A stretch of 64,000 nt of DNA from Deltaproteobacteria bacterium (GCA_030591565.1 JAUVAU010000003.1:4879-68878); one strand, 5' to 3'. Positions 8,818 to 17,966 are shown, numbered from the stretch's first letter. Notes: generated by a model from the sequence alone, not told the origin. Translations and numbers: made by a program.

Positions 8818-9075
8818 TTAACGCGCACTGTCCGTAGGGACCGCGCCGGTATCTTCCTCAGCAGGCTTTTTGAACAAGCCCACGAGCATCATGGAGAGCA
8901 GTACAAACGCCGGCACCACCTGCATCATGATGATGAAGGCACCGAAACCCAAGAAGACGACCGTCCACAACCCCATCCCTTCTCCAGGGGGTGCCCCTGC
9001 TGCGGCCATCGCCATCTGCACAGTGAACATCCAAACAATTGCGCACCCGATGTACATGAAACACTTCCTAGTCAT
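8818..9075 (-). CDS. small secreted/membrane protein (85 aa), paralog of 7989..8231
   Basis: Start at ATG 9075 with an AAGGAGGAGG SD. Signal-like N-terminus and TM LWTVVFLGFGAFIIMMQVVPAFVLLSMMLVG. The longer track ORF would overlap the sigma54 promoter. Confidence 0.55.
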   Translation of the reverse strand: MTRKCFMYIGCAIVWMFTVQMAMAAAGAPPGEGMGLWTVVFLGFGAFIIMMQVVPAFVLLSMMLVGLFKKPAEEDTGAVPTDSAR

Positions 9076-9130
9076 GACCTCCTCCTTTTGCCGCTTTGCA
9101 TCAGCCTTCGGCCTTCCGCCCTTGGAGGAG

Positions 9131-9146
9131 TGCATCAGTCATGCCA
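9131..9146 (-). promoter_or_regulatory. sigma54 (-24/-12) promoter candidate
   Basis: Minus strand reads TGGCATGACTGATGCA, with GG and GC spaced exactly as in the consensus TGGCACG-N4-TTGCA. It is 55 nt upstream of the ATG at 9075 and adjacent to a divergent sigma54-dependent response regulator. Confidence 0.55.
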
Positions 9147-9533
9147 CGTCAAAACAAAACTGGACTATGGGGGCTCTATCAAGCTAACTAGCTGTTATTC
9201 TAGGATATTTAAAAATGATAGCTGTAAGATGAATTTGCAATTAACGCTGGAAACGCATAATAAACTTATGCACCCAACGGAAAGACACAGAGGAGTGGAA
9301 GAGCAGAAAGCAGCGTATTTCACTTATTTTCAAGGTGTTGATATAGAACATCCCCCTGAATACTTTATTTGTTCATGTGACAAACGGATGAATAATCCAC
9401 GTAAACTTCAGGGGAGACTTGCAAGAAGGGGCATTTATGCTAAAAGTATTGGTGACGTAATTGATGGTCGTATTTTTCTGGTGTTGCTTTTTTGCTTTTA
9501 TTACATTTTTCATCCATTTTTGGGAAAAATCTC

Positions 9534-10973
9534 ATGGGTAGCAAAATACTTGTCGTAGATGATGAGGACGTAGTACGCAAAAGCATTTGCCGCATTCTCA
9601 GCGATCCAGAGTTTAGTGTCGAAACATTTGCATCCGGAGCCATGGCGCTGGCGGAACTGCAGGGCAACGCTTACGACCTGGCAATAACTGACCTGAAGAT
9701 GCCGGGCATGAACGGTATTGAGGTTCTAAAAGCGATTCAGGTGCTTCAACCCAATTTGCCGGTGATCATGATCACCGGGTATGCCACGGTCGATACCGCC
9801 GTCGAGGCCATGAAATGTGGCGCTTTCGACTACATCGCAAAGCCATTCACACCGGAGCAGATACTTGGCACTGTAAAAAAAGTGTTGAAATGGCGCGCCG
9901 CCAGAGCACTGGATACACAAGAAGACGAACACCTGACGCACTTTGAAAAAATTATAGGGCAAAGCGCCGCAATGCAGTTGGTCTACCACAGAATTCGTCA
10001 CGTGGCGCCCACTGACTCCACCGTGCTTATTAGCGGTGGCAGCGGAACAGGCAAAGAGCTTGTCGCCCGGGCAACTCACAACTGCAGCCTTCGGCGCAAC
10101 CGCCCCTTTGTAGCTGTTGATTGCGCAGCGCTTGCCGAAAATCTGCTGGAGAGCGAACTTTTTGGCCACGTCAAGGGATCGTTCACTGGTGCTATCAGTA
10201 CAAAAATCGGACTCTTCAAGGTTGCTGACGGGGGTACCCTCTTTCTCGATGAAATTTCCAACCTGAGCCTATCGGTCCAGGCCAAGCTCCTTCGTGCATT
10301 GCAAGAGCGCGAAGTCCTACCTATAGGCAGCACCAAAAGCGTCCCCACCGACATTCGGCTCATCGCTGCGACAAACCGAGATATTAAAACACTCGTGGCC
10401 CAAAAAAGATTCAGGGAAGACCTCTTCTTCAGGCTCAATATCATCCCAATCAATCTACCGCCGCTACGGGAGAGGGAAGGCGACCTGGGGCTTCTGGCTA
10501 GTTCTTTTCTTGCCAAGTACGCTGAGAAAATGGCCAAGCCAATCGAGAGCTTTTCAGCCGCCGCGCTGGCACACCTGGAGGCCTACGACTTTCCAGGCAA
10601 CGTGCGCGAATTGGAAAACCTGGTCGAAAGGGCGGTCGTCTTGTGCTGCGGTACGCAGATACAAAAGATTGACCTCGAACTTCAGGGCGATGCGGTAGAC
10701 ACCACGCCAAAAACGGCCGAGGATCTCAAACAGCTCAAAAAGGCAGTGAGAGAGCAGGCGGTCCTGCCCGCCGAGAAAGCTTTTGTTTTGGCCGCGCTTG
10801 ACCGTAACAACTGGAACGTGACCAATGCGGCGGCGCAAACTGGTATGTTGAGGCAAAACTTTCAATCGCTCCTGCGAAAACACAGCATCCGGCCCACCGC
10901 AAACGATTTGCCCGACCAACGACAGGGAGACGTTCAAGAAGATGACGCGCTCCCCAAATCCTCTGAGTGTTGA
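9534..10973 (+). CDS. sigma54-dependent response regulator (NtrC family: receiver, AAA+ activator, Fis-type HTH)
   Basis: KILVVDDE...DLAITDLKMPGMNG receiver. GGSGTGKE Walker A, GAFTGA-like GSFTGA, ESELFGH. C-terminal HTH. Confidence 0.9.
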   Translation: MGSKILVVDDEDVVRKSICRILSDPEFSVETFASGAMALAELQGNAYDLAITDLKMPGMNGIEVLKAIQVLQPNLPVIMITGYATVDTAVEAMKCGAFDYIAKPFTPEQILGTVKKVLKWRAARALDTQEDEHLTHFEKIIGQSAAMQLVYHRIRHVAPTDSTVLISGGSGTGKELVARATHNCSLRRNRPFVAVDCAALAENLLESELFGHVKGSFTGAISTKIGLFKVADGGTLFLDEISNLSLSVQAKLLRALQEREVLPIGSTKSVPTDIRLIAATNRDIKTLVAQKRFREDLFFRLNIIPINLPPLREREGDLGLLASSFLAKYAEKMAKPIESFSAAALAHLEAYDFPGNVRELENLVERAVVLCCGTQIQKIDLELQGDAVDTTPKTAEDLKQLKKAVREQAVLPAEKAFVLAALDRNNWNVTNAAAQTGMLRQNFQSLLRKHSIRPTANDLPDQRQGDVQEDDALPKSSEC

Positions 10974-11031
10974 GTAGGCCAGTGGGTATCCCGGCAGGAG
11001 CATTGTTGTCGGTTTCTTTGGGGGTGGGCCA

Positions 11032-12576
11032 TTGAACCTGATCGCTAAACTCACCCTGGCAATCAGCACTCTATTGATCCTGGCGATGATCCCCTTTGCC
11101 TATCTAAACGTCAACGCCATCAAAAAGTTGCTCTATGAAGAGGCGGTCACCTCCGCCGATAACGTCAGCGAGACGATTATCAAGACCACCCATTACCAGA
11201 TGTTGGAAAATAACCGAGAGCGGGTCTACCAGATGATCCAGGAGGCGGGTCGCCAGGAAGGCATCGAGTACATCCGCATGATTACAAAAGATGGCAAGAT
11301 CATCTTCTCCACCAATAGCAAAGAGGTGGGGGGCAACCTCGACAAGACCGCCGCCCCCTGCGATATATGCCACGCCGCCACAAACCCGCTGGAACATGCT
11401 TCGCCAATGAACAGGAGCCGGGTGTTCAATAGCGCCGAAGAAGTTGAACTGCTAGGCATAACAAAGGCCATCTACAATCAGGAGAGCTGCTACACGGCGC
11501 CGTGCCACTTTCACCCTCCCGACCTGAATATCCTCGGAGTGCTGGACACTGTCGTATCCCTTGAATCCATGCGCATCAAGACCACCCAATACGCACAACG
11601 GCTGGTGTTGCTAACTCTTGCCATGCTCTTCGCCATCGGAGCCTCCATAACCCTTATGATCCAGCGGCAAGTGAGCCGCCCCATCAAAAATATTTTGGAA
11701 CACACCAGAAGAGTCGGCGCGCTGGAATTTGGAACAAGGCTAACAGCAAAGAGTAACGACGAGATAGGGGCGTTGGCGGTTGCCTTCAACAAGATGACCG
11801 ACAATCTAAACGTGTCCAAATCGGAACTTGAAACATGGGCCCACACACTGGAATCCAAAGTAGAAAAGCGCACACGCGAGCTGGCGCACATGCAAGCCCA
11901 AATAATCCAGGCGGAAAAATTAGCATCGCTCGGCGAGATCATCGCCGGTATCGCCCATGAACTCAACAACCCCCTCACCGGGATACTGGTCCTCTCCTCT
12001 TTGATCGAAAAAGAAGCCCCGCTAGACCCACACCACCGGGAGGATATGGAATCGATCGTCCACGAAAGCCAACGCTGTGCACGCATAGTCAAAGGACTGT
12101 TGGATTTCTCACGTGTATCGGTGCCGGAGATGGTCTACTACGACATCAACCAAATAATGGAAAGCACTCTTGCTCTCATCGGGACGCAATCAATCTTCCA
12201 CGACATCACCATTCACACGCACTATGACAAAACGTTGCCCAAAGTGATGGTTGACACCAACCAGCTTGAACAGGTCTTCATCAACATCTTGCTAAACGCC
12301 GGACAGTCAATAGCTGAAAAGGGTGAAATCTCGATTACGACCCGAGCGGACACATCACACATATGCATCCAGGTACGCGATAACGGCAAGGGGATACCCT
12401 CCGAGCATCTGGGTAAGATATTCGACCCGTTTTTTACCACGAAGGAGAACAAAGGGACGGGGCTGGGCCTCTCGGTGTCCTATGGCATAGTGGAAAACCA
12501 TGGTGGAACCATTGAGGTCGAGAGTCAGCTTGGAGACGGAACACTTTTTACTGTTCGGCTACCCGTTAGCGCCTAA
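11032..12576 (+). CDS. sensor histidine kinase with periplasmic haem-c (CxxCH) sensor domain, HAMP, HisKA, HATPase_c
   Basis: TM, then CDICH and CYTAPCHFHP, then TM, HAMP, H-box GIAHELNNPL, and N/G boxes (DNGKGIP, GTGLGLS). TTG start with a GGGGGTGGG SD. Confidence 0.9.
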   Translation: MNLIAKLTLAISTLLILAMIPFAYLNVNAIKKLLYEEAVTSADNVSETIIKTTHYQMLENNRERVYQMIQEAGRQEGIEYIRMITKDGKIIFSTNSKEVGGNLDKTAAPCDICHAATNPLEHASPMNRSRVFNSAEEVELLGITKAIYNQESCYTAPCHFHPPDLNILGVLDTVVSLESMRIKTTQYAQRLVLLTLAMLFAIGASITLMIQRQVSRPIKNILEHTRRVGALEFGTRLTAKSNDEIGALAVAFNKMTDNLNVSKSELETWAHTLESKVEKRTRELAHMQAQIIQAEKLASLGEIIAGIAHELNNPLTGILVLSSLIEKEAPLDPHHREDMESIVHESQRCARIVKGLLDFSRVSVPEMVYYDINQIMESTLALIGTQSIFHDITIHTHYDKTLPKVMVDTNQLEQVFINILLNAGQSIAEKGEISITTRADTSHICIQVRDNGKGIPSEHLGKIFDPFFTTKENKGTGLGLSVSYGIVENHGGTIEVESQLGDGTLFTVRLPVSA

Positions 12577-12733
12577 AATCGGCAGTGACTTGCAGTCATT
12601 GAAGAAAAGCAAAAACCAGCATGCCAGACGCCTGTTCATTCCTGGATCGCAAGAGCAGCAATTGAAAGATTTAGCTCGTCACACACACATGTCTGGAGTT
12701 TGTCAAAACCGTTCCTTTTCGTAAAGTGAGCTG

Positions 12734-13165
12734 GTGTACCTGCTGACGCGCACGGTGCGATACCTGGAGGCAAAGGGCGTGCGCGACCGCTTCACGCTCA
12801 TCGCCGCGGGAGGACTGAAGGGCCCGGCGGACTTTGCAAAGGTGCTTGCGCTGGGAGCCGACGCCATCTACACCGCCGGGTTCGCCAAGTTCGCCCTGGG
12901 CTGCGTCTACTGCCGCTCCTGTGAATCGGGTAGCTGCCCCACCGGGATTACGACCCAGGACCCGACTTTGCGTCGCCGCCTCACTGTGGACACCCGCGCA
13001 CGCGAAGTGGAGAACCTCCTTCGGGTTTCCACTAATGAAATCGCAAAAATGTGCCGCCTCTGCGGAGTAAATTCCATTAGCGCTTTGGATCGGGACCTTG
13101 TCCGTGCTTTAACGATTGAAATCTCAACCGCCGCCGACGTGCCCCTCGCCTCCCGGGCGGAGTGA
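12734..13165 (+). pseudogene. C-terminal fragment of a glutamate-synthase (GltB FMN-domain) family protein
   Basis: IAAGGL..ADFAKVLALGADA...CRSCESGSCPTGITTQDP matches only the last ~140 aa of ~450-500-aa GltS-domain proteins. No upstream reading frame supplies the N-terminal part. Confidence 0.6.
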
Positions 13166-13197
13166 GGGGGTGCAAGGTGGTTCACGAGGACCGATAA

Positions 13198-13737
13198 TCA
13201 GCCCATGAGCTGTTCAATGTTCTTCCTGAAATAATCAAGTTTGCATTGGATTATTTCCACGGGAGTCTGGATAAACTCAAAAAATTCCAGGACGGCCATA
13301 TCGTCAATGGGTTCGAGGCCAAAATCAAGAATCACCACGGTGTCGTAGAAACCGAAGTTCTGGCGTGCATCCACCTCATCCCAAGACAGCGCATCCTGAA
13401 AAATTTCGCGCCAGTGCTTTAGCCACCCCGGAGTCATGACGAAAGCCTTGTTGTCCTCCAGCTTCCGGCGTTCCTTATCATCGAGAAAAGCCGCTATGCA
13501 ATCTTTTCCCGGTAGCCGACTCCCCTCATGCTCTGCCAGTAAATCGTCAATTTGCGGATGGCAAGCTCCGTAGAGACAGGTCACACCGTCCGCCCCGGCC
13601 ACTGCCTTATCCAGAGCGCTTTTAAGCAAACCCAAATCCGCATGAAGACCTGGGGAAAGCCAGTCAACGTCATTGGCCTTGGCCCCCAGAACTTCTTCAA
13701 CTTCTGATTGAAACACCTGGCATCCAATAATTTTCAA
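13198..13737 (-). CDS. DUF1638-like protein
   Basis: 179-aa ORF. MKIIGCQVF...LYGACHPQIDDL...FVMTPGWLKHW resembles DUF1638 family members (from memory). Confidence 0.65.
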   Translation of the reverse strand: MKIIGCQVFQSEVEEVLGAKANDVDWLSPGLHADLGLLKSALDKAVAGADGVTCLYGACHPQIDDLLAEHEGSRLPGKDCIAAFLDDKERRKLEDNKAFVMTPGWLKHWREIFQDALSWDEVDARQNFGFYDTVVILDFGLEPIDDMAVLEFFEFIQTPVEIIQCKLDYFRKNIEQLMG

Positions 13738-13769
13738 AGCATCTCCCTCATGGTGAATTCCAGCCGCAT

Positions 13770-14438
13770 TTACTCCTTGTCCGAAAGTTTGGCTGTTAAC
13801 GCCGAACCTATCTTCTGTCCAAGTTCAGTGGCCCCCCTGAGCGCTGTCTCCTGGTCTTCAAGGCAGCGAATGCCCACGGACTCAACTGTGGCGTCAGCAC
13901 CATATAGCATTTTGACGGCGCTCATGGAGCACTCATCCCCATAGCCGCACTTGACGCAAGGGACGTTTTCATCGAGCATAACATCGCCCATATAGTCCAT
14001 GCCCTCTTCCATGGCGAAGAATTGTATTGCGTTCACACCCATATCGCCTGCCGGCGGCAACCCTTCAGCTCCTCGCGGTACGGCCGTAGTGATTACACAA
14101 GCGGCAGCTTTCCCAACCAAAAAGCCATGTTTATGACGCAAGGGGTAGAGCCTTTCAATGAACGCCTTCGTCCTGGAATCCAGAGTTGAATAGGGCGTGA
14201 ATCCGCCTATTACCAGGGCATCCGCGCCCTTGACTTTTTCGGCCAATTCAATGCCATCGTCTTTGATGACGCACACGTTTGTTTCCACGCAGCCCAAGCA
14301 TGCCTGGCAAGGCGCGACCGTGTAATCCTTAAGCTTGATGAATTCAGTCTCTGCGCCGGAGGCCTCTAATACGGCCTTTACGGCGCGGTCCGTGTTGCTG
14401 TTTTTAACCGGGCTTCCCGAAACGCCTAAAACCTTCAT
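13770..14438 (-). CDS. NADPH-dependent FMN reductase / iron-sulfur flavoprotein family
   Basis: MKVLGVSGSPVKNSNT flavodoxin-like N-terminus. CQACLGC Cys cluster. Start at ATG 14438, 6 nt after GAGGGAGGA. Confidence 0.8.
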   Translation of the reverse strand: MKVLGVSGSPVKNSNTDRAVKAVLEASGAETEFIKLKDYTVAPCQACLGCVETNVCVIKDDGIELAEKVKGADALVIGGFTPYSTLDSRTKAFIERLYPLRHKHGFLVGKAAACVITTAVPRGAEGLPPAGDMGVNAIQFFAMEEGMDYMGDVMLDENVPCVKCGYGDECSMSAVKMLYGADATVESVGIRCLEDQETALRGATELGQKIGSALTAKLSDKE

Positions 14439-14583
14439 TGTCATTCCTCCCTCTCTAAAATCGGTCGGATTGTCCCAACCTTTTCCAGAACGATACTCAC
14501 TTAAGGGGCTAGGTTTTGTAGCCAAGGCTACAGGATGGCGTATTTGTCTTTTATTGGATTGGCAGGAAGCAAAGGGATAGTGG

Positions 14584-15306
14584 TCAAGTCTCAGCACGGG
14601 TAACAAAGAGATGTTTCCCGTGGCTCTTCACCTTGCCGAGGTCTTTAAGCTTTTTCATTGCTTTTGTAATGCTGACTCGGTGTGCTCCGACAAGGAAACC
14701 GATCTCTTCATGGGTCAATGGAAATGCGATACTCCAGCCACCCGGCACGGGAGTCCCCACCTGTTCGGCCACGTTGACCAGTACTTTGTAGAGCCGCTCT
14801 TCAATGCTCGGCTCCGAAAGTGCTCCCAATTTGCCAGTCAGGTAATCTATGCGCTTTGACAGATTGCGGATAACGGTGAGGCCGACCGCTGGGAAAGCTG
14901 ACACCATGCCCTCAAAAGTACCACGGTCGATCCCGCAAGCCATGGTAGGTTCCAGACAGGTAGCCGTTACAGGATACTCGCCGGATTCTTCTATGAGGAC
15001 GTTTTCGCCCAGCAGGTCACCCGCCTTGCGAATGTCCAAGGTGAGCGTGCGACCGTCCTCGGTGGTTTTCCACAGCTTCACGGAACCCATCTTCAAGAGG
15101 TACATGGAATCCGCTTCTTCTCCCTGATGAAAGAGAATCTCGCCCTCCCCAAGCTTGCGACGAATGAGTTGTGAAGCTAGCCCCGCTCTCGCTTCTGCAG
15201 GAACTCCTTTGAATAACCATGTCTGCCCGAAACAATTGGGATGCAGCGCCACCTCCGGCCCAGCTATTTTCTCGCACAGACAGCTACTATCGCTCATGGT
15301 AAACAT
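14584..15306 (-). CDS. Crp/Fnr-family transcriptional regulator
   Basis: cNMP-binding-like beta-barrel (GEILFHQGEEADSMYLL..G) and C-terminal HTH (THEEIGFLVGAHRVSITKAMKKL). Confidence 0.9.
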   Translation of the reverse strand: MFTMSDSSCLCEKIAGPEVALHPNCFGQTWLFKGVPAEARAGLASQLIRRKLGEGEILFHQGEEADSMYLLKMGSVKLWKTTEDGRTLTLDIRKAGDLLGENVLIEESGEYPVTATCLEPTMACGIDRGTFEGMVSAFPAVGLTVIRNLSKRIDYLTGKLGALSEPSIEERLYKVLVNVAEQVGTPVPGGWSIAFPLTHEEIGFLVGAHRVSITKAMKKLKDLGKVKSHGKHLFVTRAET

Positions 15307-15348
15307 CCTTCAGAGGTGGCGGTTTCATATCGGTGTATCGCCGAAATA

Positions 15349-15465
15349 TTATTGCTGAAAGTAGAAAGGCGCGTTGATATTAATTTCATGAATTGATCCT
15401 GTGGTGTTTATCAATATCTTACCCGCTGAAACCTGGGCTGTAGCACTGGCAACTTGAGTAGCCAT
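15349..15465 (-). CDS. small ORF, 38 aa (MATQVASATAQVSAGKILINTTGSIHEININAPFYFQQ)
   Basis: ATG at 15465 preceded by AAGGGAGGAAAAGAG. Ends 42 nt upstream of the crp/fnr-family gene on the same strand. No recognisable family. Confidence 0.4.
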   Translation of the reverse strand: MATQVASATAQVSAGKILINTTGSIHEININAPFYFQQ

Positions 15466-15848
15466 CTCTTTTCCTCCCTTGAGATTTAATGTTCGAGATG
15501 ACCATACGGCATTTCTGCAAGTTTGCAAGGCAGCACGCTTTGAGATGAGTGCCGACACCAGTAACACCGCTACGACCAGGAGGCGAGCGGGGGTAACGAG
15601 GAAGGCAGGGGGAAATATTTATCAAACACCCCCTTGTCACCACCCACTGCTGCGCTACCTTCCCGGTAAATGAGGTGGAGCGGGGAGACAGGTTTCCAGC
15701 ACTATCGATGAGTCGACCCTCCCCCTGACATCGCTTACCCCGAACGCCTTAATACAAAAAATGGAGGTGACTACCCGGATGGTATGAAGGCACGACTAAG
15801 GATGTGAATTATTTCTCTTGTGGAATCTTTTTCAAGAAGGAGAGTTGG

Positions 15849-17942
15849 ATGCGACACAAAATTCTGATTGGTTTAGTGGCAATGGCGGCAACACTGGCCC
15901 TGGGCGCGACTGCGCAGGCGCTAAATGAGGAGTGTGCTGACTGCCACACCGAGCGGGTCGCCGACCTTGGCGCATCATCCCATAGCGGCCTTGTTTGTGA
16001 AACATGCCACGAAGGGGCGGGCAACCACGGTGGCGACATGACGAAGAAGACCACCGTCCATTTCGACCTGGAGGTGTGCGCCGGATGTCACCCCGACCAG
16101 TATGGAACCTACATCTATGGGGATGACTGGAAGACCACCTATGGCGGCTCCCCCGGCCCGGACGCGGTCAACCCCCTGCCCGGCGGGATGACGTATCTGT
16201 GGAACAAGCTCAACGACTTCGCCCACTACAATGACATCATCGACGGCTACGGGTTCACTCGTGAGTACAACGAAGAGCGCTCCCACAACGTTATGATTCA
16301 GGACCACTACGACATTACCCGAGGCAAGAAAGACACCTGCTTGCAGTGCAAATCCACCAAACTGGCCTATTACTGGGACTCGGGCCAGACCCGCGAGATA
16401 CTGAACGACGTCACCGTACACGCCGGACACATGGCTGAGGCGGTCACCGTGCCCAAGGGCACCACGGTTTCCATGTATACGGCCCGGGATGCGCCCTACC
16501 CCTACACCCACGAGGCCCGGGTCCTGGTGACCCTGCCCAACGGGACCATGTATTCCAGCTTCGACTACCCCGGCGCTGAGAACAACGGCATCTGGACCTG
16601 GGCAGCCGTCTACGCGCTGACGGTCAATGAACTGTCCGCCAATTCCCCGACCCGGCTCTCCGGCAACGGCTGCAACCACTGCCACGACCCGCACAAAGCC
16701 AATCAGGACAGCGAGGGCAGGCCCACCGGCTTTCGCCTGATCCGCAAGTCGCTCATCTACGCTATTGAAAACAACGGCATCAATCCATATGAGCCGGGCA
16801 GCCCGATCGCCTTCGACGGCGACACCGCCCTGACCATGGACGAGGGGATCGCGCTCTGCGCCCAGTGCCATGTGGAGTACGTCTGCGGCAACAGCCCGCT
16901 GGACAAGATTGACCGTGACTTCTTCTCCTGGGCCAAAGCGGCCGACCTTGAGACGGTCTACGCCAACAACTTCCCCGGCTGGGGGGATTATAGCGATCGC
17001 AAGTACGTGCAGGACTGGGTCCACGGAACAGGCGGACTCTCAAGCCCCAACGCACCCGGCAACGGGGTGAGCTTCCTCACGCCTTACCCCATTGAGGAGG
17101 AGCTCATCAAGAGCCAGCACCCGGAGGCGGAGACCTATTGGGGCAGCCGCCACTACGGCAACGATGCAGCGTGCTTCGTCTGTCACATGCCCAAGGTCAC
17201 CAAGATCAGCGATGGCACCACCTTCACCAGCCACTGGATCGCATCCCCCAATAAGTACATGGATCTGGTGCCGGCGGAGGCCTTCGCGACCACCTTCGGC
17301 GTGGAAGTGGACCGCACCGGGATCATCTCTCCCTGCGGCGAGTGCCACGGAGGCAAACTCTCCCGGATGAAGGACAAGGCGACACGCATTCAGGACGGCA
17401 TCTACGACGACGCGCTGGCAGTCGAGACCGCCCTGGTGGAGAGCCTGGCAGCCATCAAGGCCGCCAAAGACGCCCTCGCGGCGGGTGGCGCAGTGGATAC
17501 GGATCTGCTGGAAGCCGCGACAGAGGACCATCGGGCAGCCCACGTGCGGTGGGAAAACCTGGTGGTCTCCGAGAACAGCATGGGCTTCCACAATCCCTCA
17601 GAAGTCGGCACGGAACTGGGCAACGCACTGGCATTGGCGAAATCAGCCAAGAATAATGCCGAAGACGCCGTAGGCAGCGGCCCCGCCTGTACCGACGGGG
17701 ATAGCGACGGCTATTTCGTCGATTGCGAACCCTTTGACTGCGACGACGCCGACCCGCTCGTCAATCCGGACGCGGCGGAAGTATGCGACAACGGGATCGA
17801 TGACGACTGCAACGGGCTGATCGACACCGCCGACCCCGCCTGCCAGGCGGTGGACTGCTCCGTCTTCGAGGACCGCACCTCCTGCAGGGCCAACGCAACC
17901 TGTAGCTGGGATAACAAAGCCGGTGTGTGCGTCACGAAGTAG
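15849..17942 (+). CDS. octahaem cytochrome c with a CxxCK haem (nitrite-reductase NrfA/ONR-like) and a C-terminal Cys/Asp-rich metal-binding-motif extension
   Basis: Signal peptide. CADCH, CETCH, CAGCH, CLQCK (16338-16352), CNHCH, CAQCH, CFVCH, CGECH. C-terminus CDDADPLVNPDAAEVCDNGIDDDCNGLID. Start at ATG 15849 with a GGAGAG SD. Confidence 0.85.
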   Translation: MRHKILIGLVAMAATLALGATAQALNEECADCHTERVADLGASSHSGLVCETCHEGAGNHGGDMTKKTTVHFDLEVCAGCHPDQYGTYIYGDDWKTTYGGSPGPDAVNPLPGGMTYLWNKLNDFAHYNDIIDGYGFTREYNEERSHNVMIQDHYDITRGKKDTCLQCKSTKLAYYWDSGQTREILNDVTVHAGHMAEAVTVPKGTTVSMYTARDAPYPYTHEARVLVTLPNGTMYSSFDYPGAENNGIWTWAAVYALTVNELSANSPTRLSGNGCNHCHDPHKANQDSEGRPTGFRLIRKSLIYAIENNGINPYEPGSPIAFDGDTALTMDEGIALCAQCHVEYVCGNSPLDKIDRDFFSWAKAADLETVYANNFPGWGDYSDRKYVQDWVHGTGGLSSPNAPGNGVSFLTPYPIEEELIKSQHPEAETYWGSRHYGNDAACFVCHMPKVTKISDGTTFTSHWIASPNKYMDLVPAEAFATTFGVEVDRTGIISPCGECHGGKLSRMKDKATRIQDGIYDDALAVETALVESLAAIKAAKDALAAGGAVDTDLLEAATEDHRAAHVRWENLVVSENSMGFHNPSEVGTELGNALALAKSAKNNAEDAVGSGPACTDGDSDGYFVDCEPFDCDDADPLVNPDAAEVCDNGIDDDCNGLIDTADPACQAVDCSVFEDRTSCRANATCSWDNKAGVCVTK

Positions 17943-17966
17943 CGACATCTTTTCATCGAAATGATT

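Noticed and set aside
8791-9558. 255-aa plus-strand ORF spanning the AT-rich divergent intergenic region
   Set aside because: It overlaps the minus-strand small membrane gene and the sigma54 promoter, runs through a non-coding-looking AT-rich region, and has no domain or SD.
15392-15418. FNR/CRP-type box (TTGAT-N12-ATCAA) and a TGTGA-N6-TCTCT half-site near 15801-15820
   Set aside because: The spacing is wrong for an FNR box (N4 expected) and the site lies inside the small ORF. The second site matches only one half-site.
15975-17024. Long antisense ORFs opposite well-supported genes (for example 15975..17024 -, 19510..20751 -, 24110..24868 -, 45184..46206 -, 45938..46924 -, 52888..53727 +, 53724..55076 +, 60469..61317 +, 61788..62693 +)
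   Set aside because: These are typical high-GC shadow ORFs. They have low-complexity Arg/Gly/Ala/Val-rich translations, no SD and no recognisable domains, and they fully overlap genes with strong family signatures.
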